Below are positions 47,805 through 55,431 of a DNA stretch of 55,431 nucleotides, piece by piece. Source of the stretch: Minisyncoccia bacterium (GTDB lineage Bacteria; Patescibacteriota; Minisyncoccia; SW-4-49-11); assembly GCA_044356325.1 (NCBI GenBank), contig JBIKWJ010000005.1:1-55431 (forward strand), read 5' to 3'. The translations under genes and the position numbers were made by a program. The stretch's first letter is position 1. Each line of letters starts with the position of its first letter. The notes under the pieces are model-generated. The model made no database searches and had not been told where the DNA came from. It saw only the letters and a list, made by a program, of their open reading frames with translations.

Positions 47805-48196
47805 GGGGATGTTTCGCTTTGCTAGTTCATTCACATCTATATACAATGAGAACTCGTATGTCTGTCACGAGACCAAAGACGGACAAACCCAAATGCAAAA
47901 CCTTTTGCAGCCCGATCCTCTTACGGATTCGGGTATGCAGTTGCCTAAGTAATTTCGCGACTGCCATCATATTCTTTTAGTCAACATACAAGAATACTGG
48001 TGTCATATACCTGTTGATAGGAGTATATTCGCCCACAAAGCCTATATTCTAAAATCTTTTTGTGGCTCTGATGTATTCTGTCTTTGGAAATTAATTAAGA
48101 ATATATCACAAAAAAAGACCAGCAATTTCCTATTTCTCTAAGTAATTGTATACGGATGCTGGGCTATACATGGGTTCAATTCCCATCATCTCCACC
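47805..48196 (+). ncRNA. ssrA: tmRNA (ssrA)
   Basis: The 5' GGGGATG pairs with the 3' CATCTCC (G3-U wobble), followed by ACC. T-arm ATGGG TTCAATT CCCAT. The internal tag frame ends ...GGA TTC GGG TAT GCA GTT GCC TAA (..GFGYAVA*), with the stop at 47946-47948. Confidence 0.88.
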
Positions 48197-48216
48197 CTAT
48201 TAATAAGTATTACTCA

Positions 48217-48750
48217 ATGTCACAACAGCCGAAGAGCTCATCAAAAACAAATCAGCGTATTAATGAAAATATTATTGGTCCTGATGTGCGTCTTATCGAT
48301 GTCACAGGAAAAATGATTGGGATGATTCCTCTAGAAGAAGCTCTCCGGCAAGCACGTGAAGCTGATTTAGATTTAGTTGAAATAGCATCCGATCCCCGCC
48401 CTCCCGTATGTAAGATTATGAATTATGGGAAATTCTTATATACCCAATCCAAACAACAAAGATTACATAAAGCTAAGCAAAAGAAAGTTGAGTTAAAAGT
48501 GCTTCGTATTGGATTCAAAATCGAACCTCATGATTTAGAAGTGAAATTAAAACAAGCTTATAAATTCCTTGATCAAGGACATAAGGTAAAATTTGATATG
48601 TATTTGAGAGGAAGAGAAAAAGCTTTTGCTGAACAAGCGGGAATAAAGATGAAAAATATACTTAGCAATCTTCCTGATACCATACGCTTTGACCAAGAAT
48701 TAAAGCGCTCACCTCAAGGTTTTAGTGCAATACTTGCAAAAAAGATTTAA
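48217..48750 (+). CDS. infC: translation initiation factor IF-3
   Basis: INENIIGPDVRLID...LDLVEI...PPVCKIMNYGKF. infC-rpmI-rplT synteny. Confidence 0.9.
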   Translation: MSQQPKSSSKTNQRINENIIGPDVRLIDVTGKMIGMIPLEEALRQAREADLDLVEIASDPRPPVCKIMNYGKFLYTQSKQQRLHKAKQKKVELKVLRIGFKIEPHDLEVKLKQAYKFLDQGHKVKFDMYLRGREKAFAEQAGIKMKNILSNLPDTIRFDQELKRSPQGFSAILAKKI

Positions 48751-48798
48751 TTATGATAAAATACACAGAATTGAGTATATAATTGATAATCTGAACAT

Positions 48799-48990
48799 AT
48801 GCCTAAGCTAAAGACTCGTAAATCATTATCCAAACGCATTACCCTTACTAAGAATGATAAGGTAGTAGCTCTTAAAGTTGCTCAAAATCATTTTTTGGCA
48901 AAAAAATCTGGTGATTCTGGGCGATCAAAGCGAAAAACCCAAATTATTGATACATCAGTCAAAAAATTAAAAAGGGTATTGAATCAATAA
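48799..48990 (+). CDS. rpmI: 50S ribosomal protein L35
   Basis: MPKLKTRKSLSKRI..., 63 aa. Confidence 0.9.
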   Translation: MPKLKTRKSLSKRITLTKNDKVVALKVAQNHFLAKKSGDSGRSKRKTQIIDTSVKKLKRVLNQ

Positions 48991-49008
48991 GAGTTTTAAG
49001 ATAATTGT

Positions 49009-49350
49009 ATGAGAATTAAACGAGGAGTTACAGCTAGTAAAAGAAGAAAGAATCTATTGCAACATGCAAAGGGCTTTCAATGGCGACGCAAAACTAATTT
49101 CCGAGCTGCAAAAGAAGCATTATTACATGCTTGGACTTATGCGTATCGAGATCGCCGCAATAAAAAGCGGGACAGACGAGTATTATGGCAAGCTAAAATC
49201 AATGCTGCTAGTCGTAATCTTGGTGTACAATATAGCCGACTTATTAATAATTTGAATAAAGCGAATATTGAACTTGATCGAAAAAGTTTAGCTTATCTTG
49301 CTGAGCATAAACCAGAAGTATTTGCTCATATTGTAGAGAATACTAAATAA
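49009..49350 (+). CDS. rplT: 50S ribosomal protein L20
   Basis: MRIKRGVTASKRRKNLL...AYRDRRNKKR. Confidence 0.95.
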   Translation: MRIKRGVTASKRRKNLLQHAKGFQWRRKTNFRAAKEALLHAWTYAYRDRRNKKRDRRVLWQAKINAASRNLGVQYSRLINNLNKANIELDRKSLAYLAEHKPEVFAHIVENTK

Positions 49351-49370
49351 TTCTATCTATTTTCCCTAAA

Positions 49371-49410
49371 CTAAAAACCTATTTGATTTCTCGAATAGGT
49401 TTTTAGTTGT
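49371..49410 (+). terminator. rho-independent terminator of infC-rpmI-rplT
   Basis: Perfect 13-bp stem ctaaaaacctatt / aataggtttttag with a 10-nt loop. T residues lie at the 3' side. Confidence 0.7.
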
Positions 49411-49416
49411 ATAATC

Positions 49417-49445
49417 TTGACAATTACTTATATTCATGATAATAT
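49417..49445 (+). promoter_or_regulatory. orphan sigma-70-type promoter
   Basis: TTGACA (49417-49422), a 17-nt spacer, then TAATAT (49440-49445). No plus-strand ORF follows. Confidence 0.5.
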
Positions 49446-49451
49446 AGAAAT

Positions 49452-49566
49452 GTTAATTTATGCTAGCTTTGCTAGCGGAGGATAACGTGGGTGTTGGCTG
49501 ACCCTGAATCTATTTCAACTAAATCCCCCCCATGAGGAAGTCGCAATGCGACTTCCTCTCTTAAAT
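49452..49566 (+). ncRNA. candidate small RNA (~110 nt) between the orphan promoter and a terminator-like hairpin
   Basis: Hairpins GCTAGC-ttt-GCTAGC and GGGT-gttggctg-ACCC, a possible GGAGGAT/ATCCCCC closure, then GAGGAAGTCGC-aa-tGCGACTTCCTC followed by TCTTAAATTT. Family unknown. Confidence 0.3.
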
Positions 49567-49569
49567 TTA

Positions 49570-50334
49570 TTATTGAGTATCTGAATTTTCAATTAACGTT
49601 AATATTTGCTTTATAGCCTCAGCAATTGGCTCATTTTGGATAATAACGGACATTATAGGATCTTTGAATGAAGTTATCGCTACATTATTATCGAATACCG
49701 ATATATCAATGGGAGAATTATATTTAGACTTATCAATATAACGATATACTACTTTTTCTAATTTTGAATCCTTCAAAATATCACCTTTTGATGAAGAATA
49801 AATTGTATGCACATTTACTTTCTTACCTAATCGCTTTTTATAAAAAGTTGCACTTTCCTCAGGAGTAAATATTCCATCAAGAGCATCAAGATCAAAAATA
49901 CCAAAGATCTCCTTCTCTTTAGCCTTTAACATTTCTTCACGAACACTATTCAAACCTAATTTCCCTTCATAAAATTTTACTTGTGGCTTATTACCACCTT
50001 GAGTAGTATCATATAGACCACTTAATGATGGTAAAATTTGATTGATAGTATTTTCTTTAGCTTCTATTACAGCCTTATCTTCTCTAATCAAAGCTGATAA
50101 TTTGTCTGGAGACTCTGGAGTAAATAATCTCTTTTTACCTTGAGTATAGGAACTCATAAGTCCCTTTTTCATAAATCCCTCTACCAATACATAGGTAGTA
50201 GCTCTATTTACCGTTGCTAATTTTGCGATTTTTTGAATAGGTGCGGATCCTAATTTGAGAGAAGCAACATAAACTTTAGATTCTTTATCAGAGAATCCAA
50301 GAGAACGGAGTTTAGCTAAGAGTTGTTCATCCAT
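49570..50334 (-). CDS. TrmB-family transcriptional regulator
   Basis: N-terminal LRSLGFSDKESKVYVASLKLGSAPIQKIAKLATVNRATTYVLVEGFMKKGL. Confidence 0.75.
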   Translation of the reverse strand: MDEQLLAKLRSLGFSDKESKVYVASLKLGSAPIQKIAKLATVNRATTYVLVEGFMKKGLMSSYTQGKKRLFTPESPDKLSALIREDKAVIEAKENTINQILPSLSGLYDTTQGGNKPQVKFYEGKLGLNSVREEMLKAKEKEIFGIFDLDALDGIFTPEESATFYKKRLGKKVNVHTIYSSSKGDILKDSKLEKVVYRYIDKSKYNSPIDISVFDNNVAITSFKDPIMSVIIQNEPIAEAIKQILTLIENSDTQ

Positions 50335-50377
50335 AATATAAAAATAAGTGTTAATATGTTATATCATAATATATTAT

Positions 50378-51205
50378 TTATAATAAAATGTCAATACCTG
50401 TCATAAAATTTTTTACTTCCTTAATTTCGATATTTCTGTTCTCAAGCCTTTTTATCGTATCTGGACTTGGATGATTATATCTATTGTTAGCTCCTGCTGA
50501 TATAATGACTTGTTGAGGGCTAATAGTATCTAAAAATTGTTCGGATGTAGAAGTTTTACTCCCATGATGACCAGCTTTCAAAATATCTATATCAAGATTA
50601 GGATATTGAGCTATTATCTTTGCTTCTGTTTTCTCATCAGCGTCTCCAGTTAATAATACAGAGTGCTTTTGACTACGAAGTAGCATTACAATTGACTCAG
50701 AATTATCATTAGTAATATCTTGTCCCCAAAGATTTTCTTGAGGATTTAATAATGTTAATTCTATACTATCCCCTAAGGTAATAGTAGTATTTTCTATTGA
50801 TGGCAATAATTGAATATCTTTTTGTTTGATATATTGGAGTAATTCTTGATAACTTTTATTTTTCTCATCAAATACTCCATTTATCATTACCTTTTCTACT
50901 TTGAACCTATCAATAATATTCTTACACCCCCCAAAATGATCTTTATCCCCATGAGTAATAATTATCATATCAATACGATTGGCCCAAAACCCTAATTTTG
51001 ACTCTAATTGATCAATAATCTTAGAATCAGGTCCGCAGTCTACCACAACTCTAGCCCCTCTTTTAGATTGAATAAGACTAGAGTCTCCTTGCCCAATATT
51101 TAAGAATGTTATCTGGTTTTCTGGATTTATTACTTTCTGATATTCTTGGTATCCATATATAAAAGTAATAGTACTAATAATAAGTATGAATATTTTCAAT
51201 TTCAT
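50378..51205 (-). CDS. ComEC-type metallo-beta-lactamase (nuclease) domain protein with its own N-terminal anchor
   Basis: ITFLNIGQGDSSLI, ITHGDKDHFGG and LKAGHHGSKTS motifs. Start taken at the ATG at 51205 (MKLKIFILIISTITFIYG), which overlaps the upstream stop as ATGA. Confidence 0.85.
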   Translation of the reverse strand: MKLKIFILIISTITFIYGYQEYQKVINPENQITFLNIGQGDSSLIQSKRGARVVVDCGPDSKIIDQLESKLGFWANRIDMIIITHGDKDHFGGCKNIIDRFKVEKVMINGVFDEKNKSYQELLQYIKQKDIQLLPSIENTTITLGDSIELTLLNPQENLWGQDITNDNSESIVMLLRSQKHSVLLTGDADEKTEAKIIAQYPNLDIDILKAGHHGSKTSTSEQFLDTISPQQVIISAGANNRYNHPSPDTIKRLENRNIEIKEVKNFMTGIDILL

Positions 51206-52626
51206 ATTTTCTTCTGTTTTATATAAATCCAATATCCTATACCCATTATAACGTATATTAGAATAAGCATATACCCTTTTATATTAGGTACTGTTATACT
51301 TGCCCATGATAGAGAGGCTAAATATTGATTCATAGATAAGACTGATTGAATAAGTATTACTAAAGGATAGGTAACTATTCTCCAAGGAAAAATAAGTGCT
51401 GTAATACTACCCCAAGCCATAGCAAGAGGGATAATAGGGACAATAAGTATATTAGCTATAATAGATATCAATGATATTTGTCCAAAATAATATATGAGTA
51501 ATGGTAATACCAATATTTGAGCGAATAAAGTCTCCCCTATCATTGGTAGAATGCCAAGACTTGGTATGCCCTCCGTATATGTTTTGAATAATTGACCATA
51601 TAATATAAGTCCTATTACTGCTAAAAAAGACAATTGGAATCCAATATCATAGCCCATATAAAGGGGATTTATCAAAACTAAAATAGTAGCACATAATATC
51701 AAAGGCCTCATACCTCCTACATATCTTTGTAATTGCTCAGCTGCGAGTATAATAATAGCAAATATACCAGCCCTCATAATAGATGCCTCAGCCCCTGTCA
51801 AAAGAGTAAATACTATCATAACCGCAATAGTAATCCAGAATGACAGAGGCCTATATATTTGTCTATTAATTAATTGCTGATATACTAACACAATAATAAT
51901 TGCCATATTATATCCTGAAACAGCCAAAATATGACTTACTCCAGTCTTTTTGAATGATTCCTTAATCTCGGTTGGTAATGTATCTGTATACCCTATAAGA
52001 ATACCTTTTAGGAATTCTCCTACTTGATTGGGATAGGCTTTATCAATTTTATTAATAATTCCTTTTTGCATTTGTATAATACCGCGCATTATTTGACATT
52101 GTATATTACAAGTATTGTCTGATTCTATTGTATATTCTGAAGTACTCATATAGCGGTGAATTCCTTTTCCTAATAAAAACCTCCTTATTCCTGCCTCTTC
52201 TGGAATGGAAGTTTTGGCTTTTACTATCAATCTCTTACCATATATCAAATCATTATCTTTAATGGTCATAAAAGCCTTAGCTTTATATTTGGGTATATAT
52301 ACTTTGTATTGATATCCAAAAGCTTGTGAACGGGGACTTGATTCAATAATGATCTCTGTATTCTCTATACGATTAGGGATATTATCCTGAATTTGATGGT
52401 AATTATCAATAATAGTATTCACATAATACCCCCCTCCAATAAATCCAATCAGAGTTACTCCCAAGAATATAAGTCTTATATCTGAATAAAACCAATACAC
52501 CGCTATTACAAAAGGGATAGTGACTAAAACCCATATTGATTGTAATACAAAAAAAGAGCCCAGTAAGGCTCCTCCCAATATACCTAATTGTAAAGCCAAA
52601 CTGGTATTTGGGATAATATATTTCAT
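51202..52626 (-). CDS. comEC: ComEC/Rec2 DNA-uptake channel (OB plus competence domains, no MBL domain)
   Basis: Competence-domain motifs (KKTGVSHILAVSGYNMAII..., multiple TM helices). Start taken at the ATG at 52626, because longer starts overlap tRNA-Val. Confidence 0.85.
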   Translation of the reverse strand: MKYIIPNTSLALQLGILGGALLGSFFVLQSIWVLVTIPFVIAVYWFYSDIRLIFLGVTLIGFIGGGYYVNTIIDNYHQIQDNIPNRIENTEIIIESSPRSQAFGYQYKVYIPKYKAKAFMTIKDNDLIYGKRLIVKAKTSIPEEAGIRRFLLGKGIHRYMSTSEYTIESDNTCNIQCQIMRGIIQMQKGIINKIDKAYPNQVGEFLKGILIGYTDTLPTEIKESFKKTGVSHILAVSGYNMAIIIVLVYQQLINRQIYRPLSFWITIAVMIVFTLLTGAEASIMRAGIFAIIILAAEQLQRYVGGMRPLILCATILVLINPLYMGYDIGFQLSFLAVIGLILYGQLFKTYTEGIPSLGILPMIGETLFAQILVLPLLIYYFGQISLISIIANILIVPIIPLAMAWGSITALIFPWRIVTYPLVILIQSVLSMNQYLASLSWASITVPNIKGYMLILIYVIMGIGYWIYIKQKKI

Positions 52627-52628
52627 AG

Positions 52629-52702
52629 TGCGCATAAATGGATTCGAACCATTGACCTCATCCACGTCAAGGATGCGCTCTAACCAGCTGAGCTATACGC
52701 GC
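52629..52702 (-). tRNA. tRNA-Val (GAC)
   Basis: Cloverleaf: GCGCGTA TA GCTC AGCTGGTTA GAGC G CATCC TTGACGT GGATG AGGTC AATGG TTCGAAT CCATT TATGCGC A. Confidence 0.9.
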
Positions 52703-52739
52703 GTATATAGAATTATTATAATGAATTTATGAATAAATG

Positions 52740-52785
52740 TATAGTATAAGAGAGATAATATTCAACCTATCTCTCTTATACTATA
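52740..52785 (-). terminator. 18-bp perfect inverted repeat after tig (terminator or processing hairpin)
   Basis: tatagtataagagagata (52740-52757), a 10-nt loop, then tatctctcttatactata (52768-52785). No clear T-run follows on the minus strand. Confidence 0.45.
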
Positions 52786-52790
52786 TCATT

Positions 52791-54059
52791 TTACAATTTT
52801 CCCAAGTACTCTAAAGCCATTTTATCAGTTATCTCTGCTGATACTATAATTCTCAGTCTGTCCATATCAATTTGTTCTTGCTCTTTTTCGGAATACTTCT
52901 CTAGAATATGATGAATACGATGCTTTACTTCTTTTTCATCAGCAATAAATTTTTGCTCCGCAGTAATTTCTTTTAGGATAAGCATTAATTTTACTCTTGA
53001 CTCTGCTTGTGGCAATGCTTCTGCCAATAATTCTTCACGGGTTTTCCCGGCTTGTGTTAAAGCATCATCAAGAGTATGTCCTGAATAAAGAGCTCTTTGT
53101 TCCATCTCTTGAATAATTTGATCTCGCTCAGCAATTACTAATACATCTGGTAGCTCAACTTTTATCTTAGCTAATATAGCATCAACTATAGCTTGAGTAT
53201 ACGTAGTTTGTACTTCTTTTTGTCGCTCGGCTATCAAACCTTCTTTTAAGCTCATTTCTAAATCTGAAATACTTTTTTCACCATTACTCAAAATTTTTGC
53301 GAAATCCTCATCCCAATTAGGTAATAGAATTTCTTGTACATCTTTTATCTCAATTGCAAAATGTCCTGATTTTCCTGCTAATTCAGTATTATGATAATCT
53401 TTTGGAAAGGGAATATCAAATTCTTTTTTATCCCCAGCCTTAAGCCCAATTACTTGATCTTCAAAACCTGGAATGAATTTTCCTGCACCGATTTCTACTG
53501 GCATCGCCTCAGACTTATCAAATTCTTGTCCCTCAACAGTTAATATATAATTAATAGAAACTGTATCTCCGTTTTTTGCCTCTCTCTCTATAACAGTTTG
53601 AGTACCACGAGATTTTTGTAAATACTTTTTAGCTTCTTCTATATCTTTATCCGTAATATCCTCTGATTCTTTGGTGATTTTACTAGCTAGTTTTTTATAA
53701 TCTGGAAGTTCAATTTCTGGCATAATACTAATAGTAGCCGTATATTCTAATCCGTCTTTTGACTCTTTTTCAGATAATGTTATTTCAGGATTAGCTAATG
53801 GAGATAATTTCTCATCTTTTATTGCTTGCTTGTATGACTGATTGACTGCGTATTCAATGGTTTCATTCAATAGTTCTGGCCCACTAATATGCTTAGCTAC
53901 TAATTCTTTTGGAGCCTCACCTTTTCTGAATCCAGGAACAGTAATTTGTTTAGAAAGACGAACCGTCGTCTTATCAATATAAGCAACCATTTCTGCTTGC
54001 TCTATGATAACATTAAGCTCAACTTGTGATTTAGGAAGATTTTTTCGAGTAATTTTCAT
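52791..54059 (-). CDS. tig: trigger factor
   Basis: N-terminal ribosome-binding GFRKGEAP motif and a central FKBP-type PPIase (GDTVSINY...FIPGFEDQVIGLKAGD). Confidence 0.9.
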   Translation of the reverse strand: MKITRKNLPKSQVELNVIIEQAEMVAYIDKTTVRLSKQITVPGFRKGEAPKELVAKHISGPELLNETIEYAVNQSYKQAIKDEKLSPLANPEITLSEKESKDGLEYTATISIMPEIELPDYKKLASKITKESEDITDKDIEEAKKYLQKSRGTQTVIEREAKNGDTVSINYILTVEGQEFDKSEAMPVEIGAGKFIPGFEDQVIGLKAGDKKEFDIPFPKDYHNTELAGKSGHFAIEIKDVQEILLPNWDEDFAKILSNGEKSISDLEMSLKEGLIAERQKEVQTTYTQAIVDAILAKIKVELPDVLVIAERDQIIQEMEQRALYSGHTLDDALTQAGKTREELLAEALPQAESRVKLMLILKEITAEQKFIADEKEVKHRIHHILEKYSEKEQEQIDMDRLRIIVSAEITDKMALEYLGKL

Positions 54060-54120
54060 AATAATAGATATTTATCACATAATGTGTTTAATTATAGCAT
54101 AAAAATAGCAAATATTCAAG

Positions 54121-54978
54121 CTATAATTGCTTAATATGTTTCTTTACTCCTTCCCCTATTTCAGGATGTTTAAGACTAAAATCAATCACTGCCTGAATAT
54201 ATCCAAGCTTATCTCCACAATCATATCGCCTTCCTTCAATTTCATATCCATATAATGGCTTATTTTGTAATAATTCAATAAAAGCATTATCGAGCCCTAG
54301 CTCACCTTTCACCGAACTCTTTAATCTCTCTAATTCATCAAATATTGCAGGCGTAATAATATATTTTCCAATCACTGCAAGATCAGACTGAGTTTCTGTA
54401 GGTTTTGGTTTTTCTACAAATTGATTAATTTCAAATAATCTTTCTGATATTTGGGTTCCTTCAATAATTCCATACTTTGAAACCTCATTATGAGGAACTC
54501 GTGTAAGAGCAATAACTGGATCCTGATATTTTTGATATATATCTATTAATTGCTGTATAGCAGGGACTTCAGAATCTACAATATCATCTTCAAATAATAC
54601 CGCACAAGGCTCATCTCCAATAAAACTTCTTGTTGCAAGTATGGCATCCCCATTACCGCGAGCATAACGTTGTCTCACAAAGAAAAATTCTGCCATATCA
54701 GATATTCCACGAACTTGAACTAAAGCTTCTTCTTTCCCCTTTTGCTCTAGGAGATATTCTAATTCAAAATGAGAATCAAAATGATCTTCAATGGACCGTT
54801 TTCCTTTACCGGTCACAAAAATAATTTGTTCAATACCAGCACTTACTGCCTCCTCTACCAAATATTGTACAATAGGTTTATCTACCAAAGGGAGCATCGA
54901 TTTAGGTTGGGCTTTGGTTACTGGGAGAAATCTTGTTCCAAATCCCGCCACCGTAATAATTGCTTTTCGTATTTTCAT
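54121..54978 (-). CDS. galU: UTP--glucose-1-phosphate uridylyltransferase
   Basis: KAIITVAGFGTRFLPVTKAQPKSMLPLVDKP and VEKP motifs. Confidence 0.9.
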   Translation of the reverse strand: MKIRKAIITVAGFGTRFLPVTKAQPKSMLPLVDKPIVQYLVEEAVSAGIEQIIFVTGKGKRSIEDHFDSHFELEYLLEQKGKEEALVQVRGISDMAEFFFVRQRYARGNGDAILATRSFIGDEPCAVLFEDDIVDSEVPAIQQLIDIYQKYQDPVIALTRVPHNEVSKYGIIEGTQISERLFEINQFVEKPKPTETQSDLAVIGKYIITPAIFDELERLKSSVKGELGLDNAFIELLQNKPLYGYEIEGRRYDCGDKLGYIQAVIDFSLKHPEIGEGVKKHIKQL

Positions 54979-55057
54979 AATAATTACTATTGTAGTATAT
55001 ATTCAGTATAACATAAACAAAGAATATCCTCTATAGATATTCCTTGTTCTTGTCAAC

Positions 55058-55431
55058 CTATTTGGCCACCTCTCTAATAGATCTATTAGCAAAATTACTT
55101 ATTTCACTACATTCCTTCTCTGATATTCTTGATCCTAATCCATTTGCTTGTATTACTGGCTTATATTTCCCAAGTCCCAGTCCGTTATAATCTAGAGTGA
55201 AATTTTGTGTTGTACTAGTACCCGTTATTGGGCTGCCATAATTTTCTCCTGCAAATCTCTTTATTTTCCAGGTATATGGTGAATTTGCATTACTTATCGT
55301 ACCCTCTACTTGGGCTATTGGGCTCTCTGTACTTACTACTTTATTATTCACTATTCTACAACTTATTAACGGATAGCTTTGTATCACTAATGTAATATTT
55401 GCATTTACTGATTTTGGAACTCTTGCATCCT
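55058..55431 (-). CDS. hypothetical protein, C-terminal part (5' end lies outside the window)
   Basis: The ORF-track start at 55387 is a GTG. The same frame stays open up to the window edge (...ITLVIQSYPLIS...), so the gene probably begins beyond 55431. Confidence 0.4.
   Translation of the reverse strand, partial: DARVPKSVNANITLVIQSYPLISCRIVNNKVVSTESPIAQVEGTISNANSPYTWKIKRFAGENYGSPITGTSTTQNFTLDYNGLGLGKYKPVIQANGLGSRISEKECSEISNFANRSIREVAK

Overview
This is an AT-rich, very gene-dense window. It holds about 50 protein genes, most of them on the minus strand, with short gaps and many start/stop overlaps. I found no rRNA, CRISPR array, transposase or integrase. TGA serves as a stop at well-defined gene junctions, so the standard bacterial code applies.

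Several traits fit a small-genome, possibly CPR/Patescibacteria-like bacterium, but that lineage is inference only: a 150-aa EF-Ts, a short HrcA, a UvrC lacking its C-terminal part, a split ComEC and many pilin-like genes.

Housekeeping content:
- rpsB-tsf, and a dcw fragment (mraY, an amidohydrolase, murD, ftsW)
- groES-groEL behind a canonical promoter plus a CIRCE operator, and hrcA-grpE
- ftsZ, tig, galU, pth, ndk, mscL, htrA, rodA
- smpB with tmRNA, and infC-rpmI-rplT
- six tRNAs: Phe, Lys, Tyr, Thr, Glu, Val

Accessory or unusual content:
1. A type IV pilus / T2SS-like locus at 26.7-36.2 kb. It has pilB, pilC, five pilin-like genes, an embedded histidine kinase plus single-domain response regulator, and two large pseudopilins carrying lectin (LamG-type) or tail-fibre-like modules.
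2. A second pilin gene next to a 671-aa repeat-containing, tail-fibre-like surface protein at 10-12.9 kb.
3. A four-gene PspC / LiaF-like / membrane protein / membrane-anchored Clp-Hsp100 operon at 38.8-43.1 kb.
4. ComEC split into translationally coupled channel and nuclease genes.
5. Unexplained non-coding structure:
- two tandem 166-bp GC-rich repeats, each carrying a copy of the 3' end of the adjacent tRNA-Glu
- a GC-rich hairpin cluster between the clp gene and hrcA
- an orphan promoter-hairpin-terminator unit after rplT
- tRNA-Phe and tRNA-Tyr, which both carry a paired A18/G55 change at the D-loop/T-loop contact

All functional calls come from motif recognition by eye. No database search was run.
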